Shown: positions 19,571 through 29,785 of the stretch, one piece after another
How positions within the stretch are numbered: the first letter of the stretch is position 1
Layout: each line of letters begins with the position of its first letter
NCBI GenBank assembly: GCA_030550585.1
Contig: JAUQPB010000003.1
Span: 100,333-164,332, forward strand
Length of the DNA stretch: 64,000 nt
Direction of reading: 5' to 3'
From: Thermoproteota archaeon
GTDB lineage: Archaea; Thermoproteota; Thermoprotei_A; Sulfolobales; Ignisphaeraceae
Made by a program: the position numbers and the translations under genes
Notes under the pieces: generated by a model
Database searches by the model: none
What the model was told of the DNA's origin: nothing
What the model saw: only the letters and a program-made list of their open reading frames with translations

Positions 19571-20999
19571 CTTCTATCAATCCAATAACCTTTTTTACGG
19601 TCTCATTAGCCATATAGACAAGGTCCTCACTTAACAAGCCACTTTTTTCAGCGTTTTCAAGCTCTTCAACATCTATTACCCTCAGATTATTTTTAACTAT
19701 GCCAATATCTATTATTAGATCAAGGTACTTAACCACATTATCCAATGGACAGTATTCTGGCGGTGTATTAATATTTATGTAGATTCCTTTTTCATTTCCA
19801 TATTGATCCATGTACTTGTGTACAACAAACCATTCATCAAATGGTATCAGAGTTAGCGCAATGTCTCCTGCCTTTCTTTCCACACCTATGCCGTCATAGG
19901 TACCACTTTTCTGAATAATTCTTATACCCACCATCGCTAATCCAATATCTGTGTTGATAACATTCATGATTTTTATGGGCCCTATCTCTATATGTCCATT
20001 GCCTGGCTTCTCATGTATGATCGTTACCTCCCTACCTATGCTTCTACTAAGCAAAAACTCTTTTATTGCGCCATCCAAGACCTTTTCACCCACATTATTC
20101 GCCACATAATCTAGCATGTCAACACAGACGTCAATGGGTTTTCTACATGTTCTTAGCATGTGATGGTTTGGAGTAGTTGGTGCAACGGTTCTCCTCACAA
20201 TATCCAAAAATTCCTTGGAAGCTCTATTCAGTTTTATAAATGCTATTGTTTCCCCTTGGTATAAGATCGTTGGAACATCCTTTAAACTGATATTCCGAAG
20301 CTTTATGGCTTCATTTACCGCAGACTCAAGGTCTTTTCCAATTGCCTCTAGGGAAGCGTTTTTAGCTGAGCTTCTCCATCTTATGCTGAAACCTTGTCTA
20401 GTTATTTGCATTGCAAGGCTGTTTAATGTTGCTCTTCTATCGAAGTCTCTAATATGCTCGCTAAAGTATACTCTGCCACCTCTGTCATCCAATAACACTA
20501 GAGTATCTTTCAATATTGCTACACCTGGTAAAGCAACGGCTCTTCCAATCTTCGGATTTTGACTTGGTTTGACAATGTGAGCAACTGTTATAGCCCCCTC
20601 TACACACTCCTTTATATTTTGAAGTACAACCTCTTTACCGTTAACAGTTTCGCCAATACATCTGCCCATTCTATCAATACCCTTTATCTTAACAGATATG
20701 GTTGTGTATGGTCCAAGCTCTTCGTAAACATATGTTGCAAAAGGAATCCTTGCAATCATCTCATACAGCAACGTCTCAACAGCATCAGGATACCCAACTA
20801 TTATCAAGGTGTTGGGATCCTCATCGCTCTCCTTCAAAGTTGCGTGTGGCGCCACATTGCTTTTTTCATCCATTCCCAACCTAGATGACAAACTCTTTGA
20901 CAGATCAACAAGTTCAAATCCGGCGTCAATTATAATCTTTGCTAAAGCGGTTGCATATGGGCCTCTAACTCTATATCGATACATCTTAAACCTCTCCAC
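19503..20999 (-). CDS. fau-1: FAU-1 AU-rich RNA-binding protein/ribonuclease (DUF402)
   Basis: RVRGPYATAL N-terminus, RWRSSA, GTYDG, GIYININTP, YLDLIID. Confidence 0.88.
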   Translation of the reverse strand: MERFKMYRYRVRGPYATALAKIIIDAGFELVDLSKSLSSRLGMDEKSNVAPHATLKESDEDPNTLIIVGYPDAVETLLYEMIARIPFATYVYEELGPYTTISVKIKGIDRMGRCIGETVNGKEVVLQNIKECVEGAITVAHIVKPSQNPKIGRAVALPGVAILKDTLVLLDDRGGRVYFSEHIRDFDRRATLNSLAMQITRQGFSIRWRSSAKNASLEAIGKDLESAVNEAIKLRNISLKDVPTILYQGETIAFIKLNRASKEFLDIVRRTVAPTTPNHHMLRTCRKPIDVCVDMLDYVANNVGEKVLDGAIKEFLLSRSIGREVTIIHEKPGNGHIEIGPIKIMNVINTDIGLAMVGIRIIQKSGTYDGIGVERKAGDIALTLIPFDEWFVVHKYMDQYGNEKGIYININTPPEYCPLDNVVKYLDLIIDIGIVKNNLRVIDVEELENAEKSGLLSEDLVYMANETVKKVIGLIEAIQKALEASQSLVKQFLAFQQS

Positions 21000-21015
21000 A
21001 AGTTCTTATACTTGG

Positions 21016-21366
21016 CTAATCCTTGACCGTCTCAAGAATTGATATTGCTTGCCATAGAAGGGTTCTTGCATGTAGAGGCATGTTAGGGTCTTGACTAACC
21101 TCATCAAGTACACCAACAGCGTTTGCAGCTCTCACACCTGCTGTGAGGTTTTTCTCATTTAGAGCTCTTATTGCATACATAGCTGCTCTTCTAATATTCC
21201 TAGGTATCGATGGATCATTCATCACTCTATTCAATATCATTAGGGCTTGTCTAATCTTTGCTTCATTGTCATATTGTGGTATTCTTGATTCGAATCTTTT
21301 TTGAATATCTGAACCGCTACTACCACCCCCTTTTTGCTGACTACCTTCAGCAACCATTGTTTTCAC
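21016..21366 (-). CDS. UPF0147 family protein
   Basis: [13 protein letters not shown]...[16 protein letters not shown]. Confidence 0.9.
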   Translation of the reverse strand: MKTMVAEGSQQKGGGSSGSDIQKRFESRIPQYDNEAKIRQALMILNRVMNDPSIPRNIRRAAMYAIRALNEKNLTAGVRAANAVGVLDEVSQDPNMPLHARTLLWQAISILETVKD

Positions 21367-21467
21367 CCCAATCTCCGTTATACCATTTAGCGAGCTTATA
21401 GGTTTTTAAAGCAAGAAACTTTAAAACTAGAGAAACTCACATAATTTCTCTTTAAGGGTTTATAAAA

Positions 21468-22127
21468 ATGGTTGTAGTTAGATGGCATGGTCATGCATGC
21501 TTCGAAATAGTCACCTCTAAGGGCACTGTTATAGTGTTGGATCCTCATGATGGCTATAGCATTGGTTTAAAGCCTCCAAGGGTGCAAGCAGACATAGTAT
21601 TGATAACCCATGAGCACTTTGATCACAATGCTTATGCAGTTGTAGCTAAGCCAAGCGCAACTGTTTTGTCTATGTTTGTGGGAGAGAAGGCTGTCAACGA
21701 TGTGATGATTAAAGGCTTTGAGGCATATCACGATAGAGAAAAAGGGAAAAGAAGAGGAAGGGTATCGATATACAAAGTATATGCAGACAACATATCGTTT
21801 GTTCATTTAGGCGATCTTGGACATGAGCTTGACAACACATATAAAAATGTTCTTGGAGACATAGATGTTCTTATGATCCCCGTTGGGGGAACCTATACAA
21901 TAGACCCCAAATCAGCTTGGAATGTAATAGAGCTACTAACACCAAAGGTTGTCATACCAATGCATTACTGGGTAAAGGGCTTAAATCTCCCATTAAAGGC
22001 CGTAGATGAATTCCTGTCTCTAAAGCCAGATGACTGGAGTGTTAATATGATAGAGTCTAACCAGATAGTTATAGAGAGGAGTAGCATACCAAATAAGGTC
22101 ATATATGTAATGTCCCCGCCGACATAA
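21468..22127 (+). CDS. MBL-fold metallo-hydrolase
   Basis: WHGHACF, ITHEHFDHN, HLGDLG, PVGGTYT, IPMHY. Confidence 0.9.
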   Translation: MVVVRWHGHACFEIVTSKGTVIVLDPHDGYSIGLKPPRVQADIVLITHEHFDHNAYAVVAKPSATVLSMFVGEKAVNDVMIKGFEAYHDREKGKRRGRVSIYKVYADNISFVHLGDLGHELDNTYKNVLGDIDVLMIPVGGTYTIDPKSAWNVIELLTPKVVIPMHYWVKGLNLPLKAVDEFLSLKPDDWSVNMIESNQIVIERSSIPNKVIYVMSPPT

Positions 22128-22191
22128 TTAAACGCAATATTTTTCTAAGCAATACAACAACCTAGCACATTATCAAAGAGGTTTAGAAAAA

Positions 22192-22794
22192 TTGGTAATA
22201 TTTAGATGTCTTCTCAAAGGCCACTGCTGCAAAAAGTATTGGATTCCAGTAACACATCTAGATCTGCTAAGGCTTCACATATACGCTGGGATAGAAATAA
22301 AACCAAGTATAATAAATCTATATGAGTCATCACTTTACGAGGATCTGACATATCCACGTGTGATTTTCAAGAATGAAAGCTATTTCCTAGCATTGAATTC
22401 AAAAGATGATAGTTCATGTATATTCCTCTCAAAAGAGGGTAAATGCAACATTCATCCATATAAACCACTTGTGTGCAGATTTTACCCATTTGTTTATATA
22501 GAGAAAGAGAGTGAAATTGATATAGAAATCAATGAGAATGCTCTAGGAGAGTGCCCAGGTCTAATCATAGATAAAAAGCCTATACCAGATTCTATAAAAA
22601 GAGATCTTATTAGACTAGCCCAAGTAAGAATATTAGAGCTTAAAATGTGGGGTAGAGTAGCTGAAGAATGGAACAGTAGCGAATATAGCAAAAAGGAGTT
22701 TGATGAAGTAGCCGAAAAGTTTTTGGGGTTTATAATGAGTCGTGCGGAGGAAGATAGAAAGAAGCTTGTAGAAAGTGGCTTGTGGATACCTTAA
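22192..22794 (+). CDS. YkgJ (CxxCxxCC) cysteine-cluster protein
   Basis: C..GHCC, CIFL..GKCNIH..KP.VCRFYPF, ECPG. Confidence 0.85.
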   Translation: MVIFRCLLKGHCCKKYWIPVTHLDLLRLHIYAGIEIKPSIINLYESSLYEDLTYPRVIFKNESYFLALNSKDDSSCIFLSKEGKCNIHPYKPLVCRFYPFVYIEKESEIDIEINENALGECPGLIIDKKPIPDSIKRDLIRLAQVRILELKMWGRVAEEWNSSEYSKKEFDEVAEKFLGFIMSRAEEDRKKLVESGLWIP

Positions 22795-22840
22795 ATATTT
22801 ACCTTAAATATTGAAACTTTATAAGTCTTGAAAACTATGG

Positions 22841-23374
22841 TTGTACAAAATGTGGAGTTTCGAAGAGGTGATGGGTCTGGTATCCGCATACTACGAAGGC
22901 GCAAGAGTGCCGTGGGTTCCAACAAGAGAAGAGTTGCTAGACATGGTGATGAGGCTAGCAAATGTAAGTCCTAACGATATCTTCTATGATCTTGGCTGTG
23001 GGGATGGCAGAGTAGTATTAAGGGCTGTGAAAGAGGGTGTAAAAAAAGCTGTATGCGTTGAGATAAACCCAACACTTATTGAAAGAGCTAAGGAAAATGC
23101 CAAAGCAATTAATGCATTGGACAAGATAGAATTTGTAAATGAGGATTTTTTCAAAGCTAATCTAAGCGAAGCAAGTGTTGTGTACATGTATTTGCTGACG
23201 TCGGTAAACAAGGCGCTGAGACCAAAGCTTGAGGCAGAGCTTAAAGATGGGACAAGAGTCGTTACACTTGATTTTGAGATCCCTGGGTGGAGACCTGTTC
23301 AAGTAGTTGAAGTGGCATTGCCTATGAGAACAGCTAGACTTTATCTCTATGTTAAGGGTGTAAGTGATAAATAG
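22841..23374 (+). CDS. Archaeal protein-lysine methyltransferase (aKMT-like, class I SAM MTase)
   Basis: VPWVPT, YDLGCGDGR, VYMYLL..VN..LRPKL..EL..GTRVV..DF.I.GW; likely start 22871 after GAGGTG. Confidence 0.8.
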   Translation: MYKMWSFEEVMGLVSAYYEGARVPWVPTREELLDMVMRLANVSPNDIFYDLGCGDGRVVLRAVKEGVKKAVCVEINPTLIERAKENAKAINALDKIEFVNEDFFKANLSEASVVYMYLLTSVNKALRPKLEAELKDGTRVVTLDFEIPGWRPVQVVEVALPMRTARLYLYVKGVSDK

Positions 23375-23395
23375 ACTTATTTACCACGTTTTTCA

Positions 23396-23881
23396 CTAAG
23401 TCATTCCAGCAACTTTTTTCGCTTCTTCAATTATTTTTTTAGCCTCTTGATTGGCGTACAAGGATGTTTTCGGATCTGACTTCATATCAATGCTTGCAAT
23501 ACTCATAAGCTCATTAGACAGTCTATTGAGCCTATCAAGATAGACTTCTATTATTGGTATAGAAACCCCCATCATCTTTTTCAACTCCTTTACAGTTTCT
23601 CTGACAACAATAATCGATGAAATAGCTTGGTTTAAAGCCGTAAGGGTTTCAAGTCTCAGAATAACTGTTTCTAGGAACAGATCAACACTATTCAACCTCT
23701 TTTTCAATGACTCCAAATTTTGCTTCTCTTTTTCAACACTCTTTCCATTTATATTGGTATGCTTTGAAAATTCTTCAATCCTTTTAATATTGTTGTCGAC
23801 AACACTTTTGTAATATTCAATCTTGTTGTGAAGCTCTCTCAAAAGCGCTACACTTAATAATAGCTTTGGCTTGGCACTCAT
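23396..23881 (-). CDS. ESCRT-III / CdvB paralog (short, CdvB3-like)
   Basis: Long helical hairpin with LETVILRLETL and C-terminal EAKKIIEEAK motifs typical of crenarchaeal CdvB proteins. Confidence 0.7.
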   Translation of the reverse strand: MSAKPKLLLSVALLRELHNKIEYYKSVVDNNIKRIEEFSKHTNINGKSVEKEKQNLESLKKRLNSVDLFLETVILRLETLTALNQAISSIIVVRETVKELKKMMGVSIPIIEVYLDRLNRLSNELMSIASIDMKSDPKTSLYANQEAKKIIEEAKKVAGMT

Positions 23882-23938
23882 AAAATCTCAAAATATATTT
23901 TTGTTATCAATTATGTTATAAGAAGTAAAGCACATTGC

Positions 23939-25528
23939 TTAGTCATAACATTTGGCTTTTCTAATAATATCCTCAACATTTTGTTTAGAGGCTTTTAGTG
24001 AGAGCTCCTTACCTGTAAACGATGGCAAGATTCTCTCCTCTATATCCTTCATTTTTCTCTTTGCGAACCATAGGAACGCTTTTATAATCAGCTTTAGCGG
24101 TTCATATTTAACTCCCTTCATGTAGAAGTTTGTTACTATATCCTCTGCCCAGTAGACAGTATGCCAAAATGCTACCCTCATAGCTTCAGCATGCTCTGGT
24201 GTTATATTCATACCTGTTACACCCCCCTCCTCAGTCTTTAGTGCGCCCATGGGCACAAAAAGCATTGGCACAATCAAACTTCTGTACTTCTTTAATCTCT
24301 CAATTAGCTCAATTGTTTTAACAACATCGTCAGGTTCTTCACCAGGAAAGCCCAGTATAAATGTTGCCGCAGGTATTATTCTATGGTCGTGCATTATAGC
24401 GAATGCCTCCTCAACCACATCAGGCCACTCCTCTGCTTTAAAAGGCATTGCTTTTGCTGGCATAATTATCTTTGCCAATCGCGGCGACCCCGTTTCTATA
24501 CCTACCTCAACACCCAGATAGTTTTGCTCAAGTCTCGAATATATTATGTCTGTTAGCTTTGATATTAATCTGTACTTTCTTTGTGCATATACCACTGCTG
24601 CTAGCGATGCGTGTGCCCATGCCAAACTCTCAGCAATTTTTGTAACACTATCATGAAGCTTTATCAAGGCCTCTTCATTTATCTCCAAACCCTTGGCTCC
24701 ATACAGCAGAACGTCTTCGCTATGCAAAACAGCGCCTTTAACACCATGCTTCTTATTAACCTCTATTTCTGCAATTATTTTCTCAATAGGAATATGTCTA
24801 AGAGGTCTCAAAGTCACACTACAGAATTTGCAACCCCTTGGACAGCCCCTCATAATTTCCACCAAACCATTGACACTTGCCCCCTTAATCAAAGGTATTT
24901 TGTCTATCGAAGGCGATTCATGGGCGCCAACAGATATGTACCTCGGTATTTTCTCTCCATTCAAAATCTTCTTAGCAATGTCGACAATGATCTCATCAGC
25001 CTCTCCCTCAACAATAACATCTATCCCCCATTTATCTACATACTCTGGCACCCAAAGCCATTGCCAAGCAGCAGGCCCCCCAACTACAATCTTCACATTC
25101 CTGCTTTTCATCTTCCGCACAGCCTCACTATTCATGAGTTTGAAAAAGCTTTTTCTATTGACAGGCTCCTTACCCGTTATAAGCCACCACTCAGAACTTG
25201 GAGGGCCAAAAGCGAAAAAGTCGTGGTGTCCTACCATCAGAATCTTGGCTGTATCCACGTATCTGTCTAGATAATCTGGGTCTATTATGTAGGCTTCTAA
25301 CCCAGCATCTTGTAGAGCAGCCTCTATTTTTCGCAGTCCGTAGGGAGCTTCATGTGGTCTACCAAATTCGTCTACCTTTGGTTTGGGACAGCAGAGATAC
25401 ATCCATATTGATTCTGGAATGCCGATGGCAGGACCTGTGGCTAGGAAACCTATGAACTCTCTCCCATGATGATTCGTCATCATGCTTCTATCTGTGGTTA
25501 TAACTATCTCAGCGTTGAGTTTACGCAT
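23939..25528 (-). CDS. B12-binding radical SAM enzyme, probable GDGT ring synthase (Grs family)
   Basis: VEIMRGCPRGCKFC; N-terminal TTDRSMMTNHH..EFIGF and APYGLRKIEAAL motifs recalled from the Grs family. Confidence 0.7.
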   Translation of the reverse strand: MRKLNAEIVITTDRSMMTNHHGREFIGFLATGPAIGIPESIWMYLCCPKPKVDEFGRPHEAPYGLRKIEAALQDAGLEAYIIDPDYLDRYVDTAKILMVGHHDFFAFGPPSSEWWLITGKEPVNRKSFFKLMNSEAVRKMKSRNVKIVVGGPAAWQWLWVPEYVDKWGIDVIVEGEADEIIVDIAKKILNGEKIPRYISVGAHESPSIDKIPLIKGASVNGLVEIMRGCPRGCKFCSVTLRPLRHIPIEKIIAEIEVNKKHGVKGAVLHSEDVLLYGAKGLEINEEALIKLHDSVTKIAESLAWAHASLAAVVYAQRKYRLISKLTDIIYSRLEQNYLGVEVGIETGSPRLAKIIMPAKAMPFKAEEWPDVVEEAFAIMHDHRIIPAATFILGFPGEEPDDVVKTIELIERLKKYRSLIVPMLFVPMGALKTEEGGVTGMNITPEHAEAMRVAFWHTVYWAEDIVTNFYMKGVKYEPLKLIIKAFLWFAKRKMKDIEERILPSFTGKELSLKASKQNVEDIIRKAKCYD

Positions 25529-25653
25529 ATTGTCAAAACCTTGTAGCTAGGATAACCTATACCATATGTATCAACATAGGAAGGTATATATACCTAGTCA
25601 CCATTAGAAAATTTGAGTGCTTTTAGAAATTCCATGGATCATCCATTGCTAGG

Positions 25654-26400
25654 GTGCTGAGATTGAATTTGAGAAGAAAGAGGATAGAGGCCATAACAAC
25701 CACATGGAGCATCATAGTGTCTAAGCCTGTTAAAAAAAGGGAAGAGGCGATAGATATACTAAAGAGTGTTTATAGCAATATGGGTGTGGAGCCTATAAGA
25801 GGCTCTAGCAGCCCTCCTGATCTATATGATAAGGAAATGGCATCGCTCTACATAATTGGCAAATGGGGTCTTGGGATAGATAAAGAATTGGATGAAGAGA
25901 CCTTGAAATCTCTGTTCTCAACGGAGATAACGTTTGAGACAATGATGAAGGCTCTTGCATCATCAACATCTAAAGAAGATTTTTGTAAAGCCATTGGAGA
26001 TCTGTGTTCGAGGTTAAGCGATTCGTTTATCGCAAGGTTTCTTAGATTTGTCTTCACACTATATTATTTCGGTTTTGCAAAATTCGAAGATCTAGCGATG
26101 ATCATGAGAAAGCTATACAACTTTTTCGAGCCATTACAGGAAACTGTAAGAAGATTTGCCAAATTTGTTATAGCATATGAGGTTGGCTCTCGAATAGCCT
26201 CTGGACAGGTAAAAAACCAGTTGGATATCAATATGGCAAAGAATGTTGTAGCACTTGAAATTGGCATACCAAAGGCAGTGCCATCGACAGGTTACATAAT
26301 TGAGGTGAGCAAACACTTTTTTACCCTACCAGAAAACATAGTTAAGAACATCTCTGTGTCAAATAATAAAAAAGAACAGAGAAGTGATGATAATGTATAG
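25654..26400 (+). CDS. DUF2192 family protein
   Basis: PIRG..PPDLYDKEMASLYIIGKWGLG motif. Confidence 0.7.
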   Translation: MLRLNLRRKRIEAITTTWSIIVSKPVKKREEAIDILKSVYSNMGVEPIRGSSSPPDLYDKEMASLYIIGKWGLGIDKELDEETLKSLFSTEITFETMMKALASSTSKEDFCKAIGDLCSRLSDSFIARFLRFVFTLYYFGFAKFEDLAMIMRKLYNFFEPLQETVRRFAKFVIAYEVGSRIASGQVKNQLDINMAKNVVALEIGIPKAVPSTGYIIEVSKHFFTLPENIVKNISVSNNKKEQRSDDNV

Positions 26401-26638
26401 AGTAAGTGTTGAAAAGAGATATATCGTGAAAAAAGGTGATAAAAGAATAGTTGTAGAGCTTTGCAGATCCCAAGACGGTAAACTATTTGCTGTTCCAATA
26501 CTCATCACAAAACATGTTTATACCACACCTGATGGAACTGAGAAAGAGTGGGAGTATCCGGAAAGAGAGGCCGAAGAAATAGATTATATGTCTTTGCCTA
26601 AAAACGTGAGAGAAGCCCTGTCAAAGATAAACATATAG
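26384..26638 (+). CDS. Small hypothetical protein
   Basis: 84-aa ORF overlapping the upstream gene. Confidence 0.7.
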   Translation: MMIMYRVSVEKRYIVKKGDKRIVVELCRSQDGKLFAVPILITKHVYTTPDGTEKEWEYPEREAEEIDYMSLPKNVREALSKINI

Positions 26639-26721
26639 CATTTTCACGAAGCTGATGCTTAATAAAGCTTCTAGGTATTGAAATTTCCTATCAGAAAAGC
26701 TAGTTTTAAGGTGTAGGGTAT

Positions 26722-29439
26722 TTGAATTTGGACATAGTTTTTTCAGGTGATGGCTTTGCATATGCTCGCGAATTTGATGAAGAAGCTGTATATAGTCTTC
26801 TCATTTCTCCTATTGTGAATTGGTTTAAGAGTAGATATGGTTCTCTTACACCCCCACAGAAAATGGCTATTCCATATATTAAAAGTGGGTATAACATACT
26901 TGTGTCGAGCCCCACAGGTACAGGTAAGACTCTTGCTGTTTTTCTTCCAATAATAGACGATTTGTATAGACTGGCTCTAAATAATGAATTGAAGGATCAG
27001 ATATATGTGATATATGTTTCGCCTCTCAGGGCTCTCAACAACGATATGCAGAAAAATCTTATACAGCCTCTAGCAGAGATCAGAGAGTATGTAAGAAACG
27101 AGCTTGGGGTAGAGGTAGATATAAGAGTTGCCGTCAGAACCAGTGATACATTGCCAAGCGAGAAATCAAGAATGCTTAGAAGCCCCCCACACATACTTAT
27201 CACAACCCCTGAGAGCTTGGCATTAGCTCTAAATGCTCCGAAGTTTAGAGAAAAACTTGCTACAGTTAGATGGGTTGTTGTTGATGAAGTCCACGAAATG
27301 GCTTCAAGCAAGAGAGGGTCACACCTAGTTCTATCACTTGAAAGATTAGTTGATCTCGTTGGCAAAGATTTTCAGAGAATTGGGTTAAGCGCTACTATAT
27401 CACCTCTAGAGGATGTGGCAAGATTCTTAGCGGGATTCAGTAGCGATGGTTCTCCAAGACCTATTGTGATAGCCGACGCCCGATTTTCCAAGCCTATCGA
27501 TATAAGGGTTGTGACACCCCGTCTCGATCTTGTTTACACACCTGCCAGCGTATTGAATGAAGCAATATACGAAGAGCTTACAAAGTTGGTTCTACAGCAC
27601 AGAACAACACTTGTTTTCACGAACACCCGTAGCGCCACAGAAAGTGTGGTCTATAAGTTGAAGAAGAGCCTCAGCTCCAATGGCGTTGTTGACGCTGATG
27701 AGATTGAAGCCCACCACAGTAGTTTGAGCAGAGATGTTAGACTCGAGGTAGAGGATAAACTTAAGAAGGGGTTGCTAAGAGTTGTTGTATCTTCCACCAG
27801 TCTCGAGCTCGGCATAGACATTGGCTATATAGACCTCGTTGCTCTGCTTAGCAGCCCAAAAAGTGTTACAAGACTTTTGCAAAGAGTTGGAAGAGCGGGT
27901 CATAATGCATACGAGGTTAGCAAAGGTGTTATCATAGTTGTTGATAGAGATGATCTAATTGAATGCGCTGTTCTTTCAAAACTTGCTCTAGAGAGAAAGA
28001 TAGACAGGGTTAAGATACCTAGAAAACCGCTTGACATTCTAGCGCAACACATAGTTGGGATGGCTATTGAGAAACCTCGAACAGTTGACGAGATTCTAGC
28101 CATAGTTAGAAGGAGCTACACATACCACGATTTATCAGAAGATGAGTTAATGACTGTGATAAACTATTTGGCTGGTAGATACCCTAGCTTAGAGGACTAC
28201 AATGTTTATGCCAAGATAAGATACGATGAAGAGACGAAGACTGTTAGTAGAAGAAAAGGAGCGAGAATGATATACCAGCTCAATGTGGGTGCAATTCCCG
28301 ACGAGGTTAAGGTCGCTGTTTTTGCTGTTATCGATAACAAGAAGAAGTATATTGGCGATTTAGAAGAAGGTTTTGTTGAAATACTCACACCGGGCGACAT
28401 ATTTGTACTAGGTGGTAAAACATACAAGGTTTTAGCCATACACCCAACGCATGTAGTCGTAGAGCCGGCCAAAGGCGAGAGGCCCACTGTCCCCTCCTGG
28501 TTCTCTGAAATGCTTCCACTAGCCTACGACTCAGCTATAGAGGTTGGCAAATTTAGAAGGGTTATAGCTGAAATGATCAAAACCATGCCGAAGAATTATG
28601 TTATTGAATGGCTGATTAGAGAATATAGGATTGAACCTCATGCAGCGGAGTACATCTATGACTATATATATCAACAGCTGTTGTTCACAAAAGGCAAAAT
28701 CCCGTCGGATAAACTTATATTGGTTGAGATATGGCCTGATAGAGAGAAGATGGCTACAAATATCATATTCCATAGCTTATTCGGTAGAAGAGTCAATGAT
28801 GTGCTTTCAAGAGCGTACGCCTACGTGCTTGCAGATATCATGAGAGAAAACGTTAAAATATCTGTGACTGACAACGGGTTCATGCTAACAATACCCGGGC
28901 ATGTATCTGTTCATCAAATCAGGAAAGCTATTAATAGTGTATCTAGCCAAAATGTTGAGGATATTGCTAGAAGAGCTGTTAGAAAAACAGAGCTATTTAA
29001 GAAGAGGTTCAGACATTGTGCTGAAAGAGCATTTATGTTGCTAAGGCGCTACAAAGGTGTTGATGTATCGATTGCTAGGAGGCAGGTCAATGCAGAGAAG
29101 ATTATTCAAGTTGTTGAGAAATACGAAAAGTTTCCAATAATTGAAGAAACATATAGAGAGATTTTGGAAGATTTTATGGATTTGACACATGCGAAAGAAG
29201 TTTTGAGAAAAATTGAAAGTGGCGAGATAAAGATAGAAATTATTGAGAGCTTCTATGCTCCAAGCCCATTTGCGCACAACATTGTTGCTTATGGATACAG
29301 CGACGTTGTTTTGATGGAGGACAAGAGAAAACTCATTGCAAGACTCCAAGATATGGTTAAAAAAGTTTTAGAAGGTGAGATAGGACAAAGTTTAAGGAGT
29401 TCAGCAAAACAGGAAATGGGTGTGTCCATAAACTCATGA
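26722..29439 (+). CDS. lhr: Lhr-like (Lhr-core) SF2 ATP-dependent helicase
   Basis: SPTGTGKT, SPLRALNND, DEVH, LSAT, LELGIDIG, QRVGRAGH, PSWFSE. Confidence 0.93.
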   Translation: MNLDIVFSGDGFAYAREFDEEAVYSLLISPIVNWFKSRYGSLTPPQKMAIPYIKSGYNILVSSPTGTGKTLAVFLPIIDDLYRLALNNELKDQIYVIYVSPLRALNNDMQKNLIQPLAEIREYVRNELGVEVDIRVAVRTSDTLPSEKSRMLRSPPHILITTPESLALALNAPKFREKLATVRWVVVDEVHEMASSKRGSHLVLSLERLVDLVGKDFQRIGLSATISPLEDVARFLAGFSSDGSPRPIVIADARFSKPIDIRVVTPRLDLVYTPASVLNEAIYEELTKLVLQHRTTLVFTNTRSATESVVYKLKKSLSSNGVVDADEIEAHHSSLSRDVRLEVEDKLKKGLLRVVVSSTSLELGIDIGYIDLVALLSSPKSVTRLLQRVGRAGHNAYEVSKGVIIVVDRDDLIECAVLSKLALERKIDRVKIPRKPLDILAQHIVGMAIEKPRTVDEILAIVRRSYTYHDLSEDELMTVINYLAGRYPSLEDYNVYAKIRYDEETKTVSRRKGARMIYQLNVGAIPDEVKVAVFAVIDNKKKYIGDLEEGFVEILTPGDIFVLGGKTYKVLAIHPTHVVVEPAKGERPTVPSWFSEMLPLAYDSAIEVGKFRRVIAEMIKTMPKNYVIEWLIREYRIEPHAAEYIYDYIYQQLLFTKGKIPSDKLILVEIWPDREKMATNIIFHSLFGRRVNDVLSRAYAYVLADIMRENVKISVTDNGFMLTIPGHVSVHQIRKAINSVSSQNVEDIARRAVRKTELFKKRFRHCAERAFMLLRRYKGVDVSIARRQVNAEKIIQVVEKYEKFPIIEETYREILEDFMDLTHAKEVLRKIESGEIKIEIIESFYAPSPFAHNIVAYGYSDVVLMEDKRKLIARLQDMVKKVLEGEIGQSLRSSAKQEMGVSINS

Positions 29440-29700
29440 TGACTGTTTTAGTCCGCTCTGAGGGTGTGATGATGTCGGCACCCACTGACAGTCTATAGCA
29501 CCATATGGACACACTGTTGTACAGACTCCACAACCCTTGCACTTGGCATAGTCTATCTTTACGAAGTTGTCAGGGCCAACATAGAACACATTATAAGGGC
29601 ACTTAGAAATGCATGATAAGCACTGATTGCATATCGCATTGTCTATAACGGGTTTGCAATGCCATCCCATTCGAAGATTGTATAAAACATATGATAACAA
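29434..29700 (-). CDS. 2x[4Fe-4S] ferredoxin-like protein
   Basis: CNQCLSCISKCP and CKGCGVCTTVCP. Confidence 0.8.
   Translation of the reverse strand: MLSYVLYNLRMGWHCKPVIDNAICNQCLSCISKCPYNVFYVGPDNFVKIDYAKCKGCGVCTTVCPYGAIDCQWVPTSSHPQSGLKQSS
29436..29488 (+). ncRNA. Box C/D methylation-guide sRNA
   Basis: ATGATGA-CTGTTTTAGTCCGCT-CTGA-GGGT-GTGATGA-TGTCGGCACCCA-CTGA; all four boxes perfect. Confidence 0.9.
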
Positions 29701-29785
29701 GACTCTTACACCTTATCCACATGGAATATGCATAGCATGATACATATACAGCTCATAAAGGTTTATATTATTTTAATTATTACCT

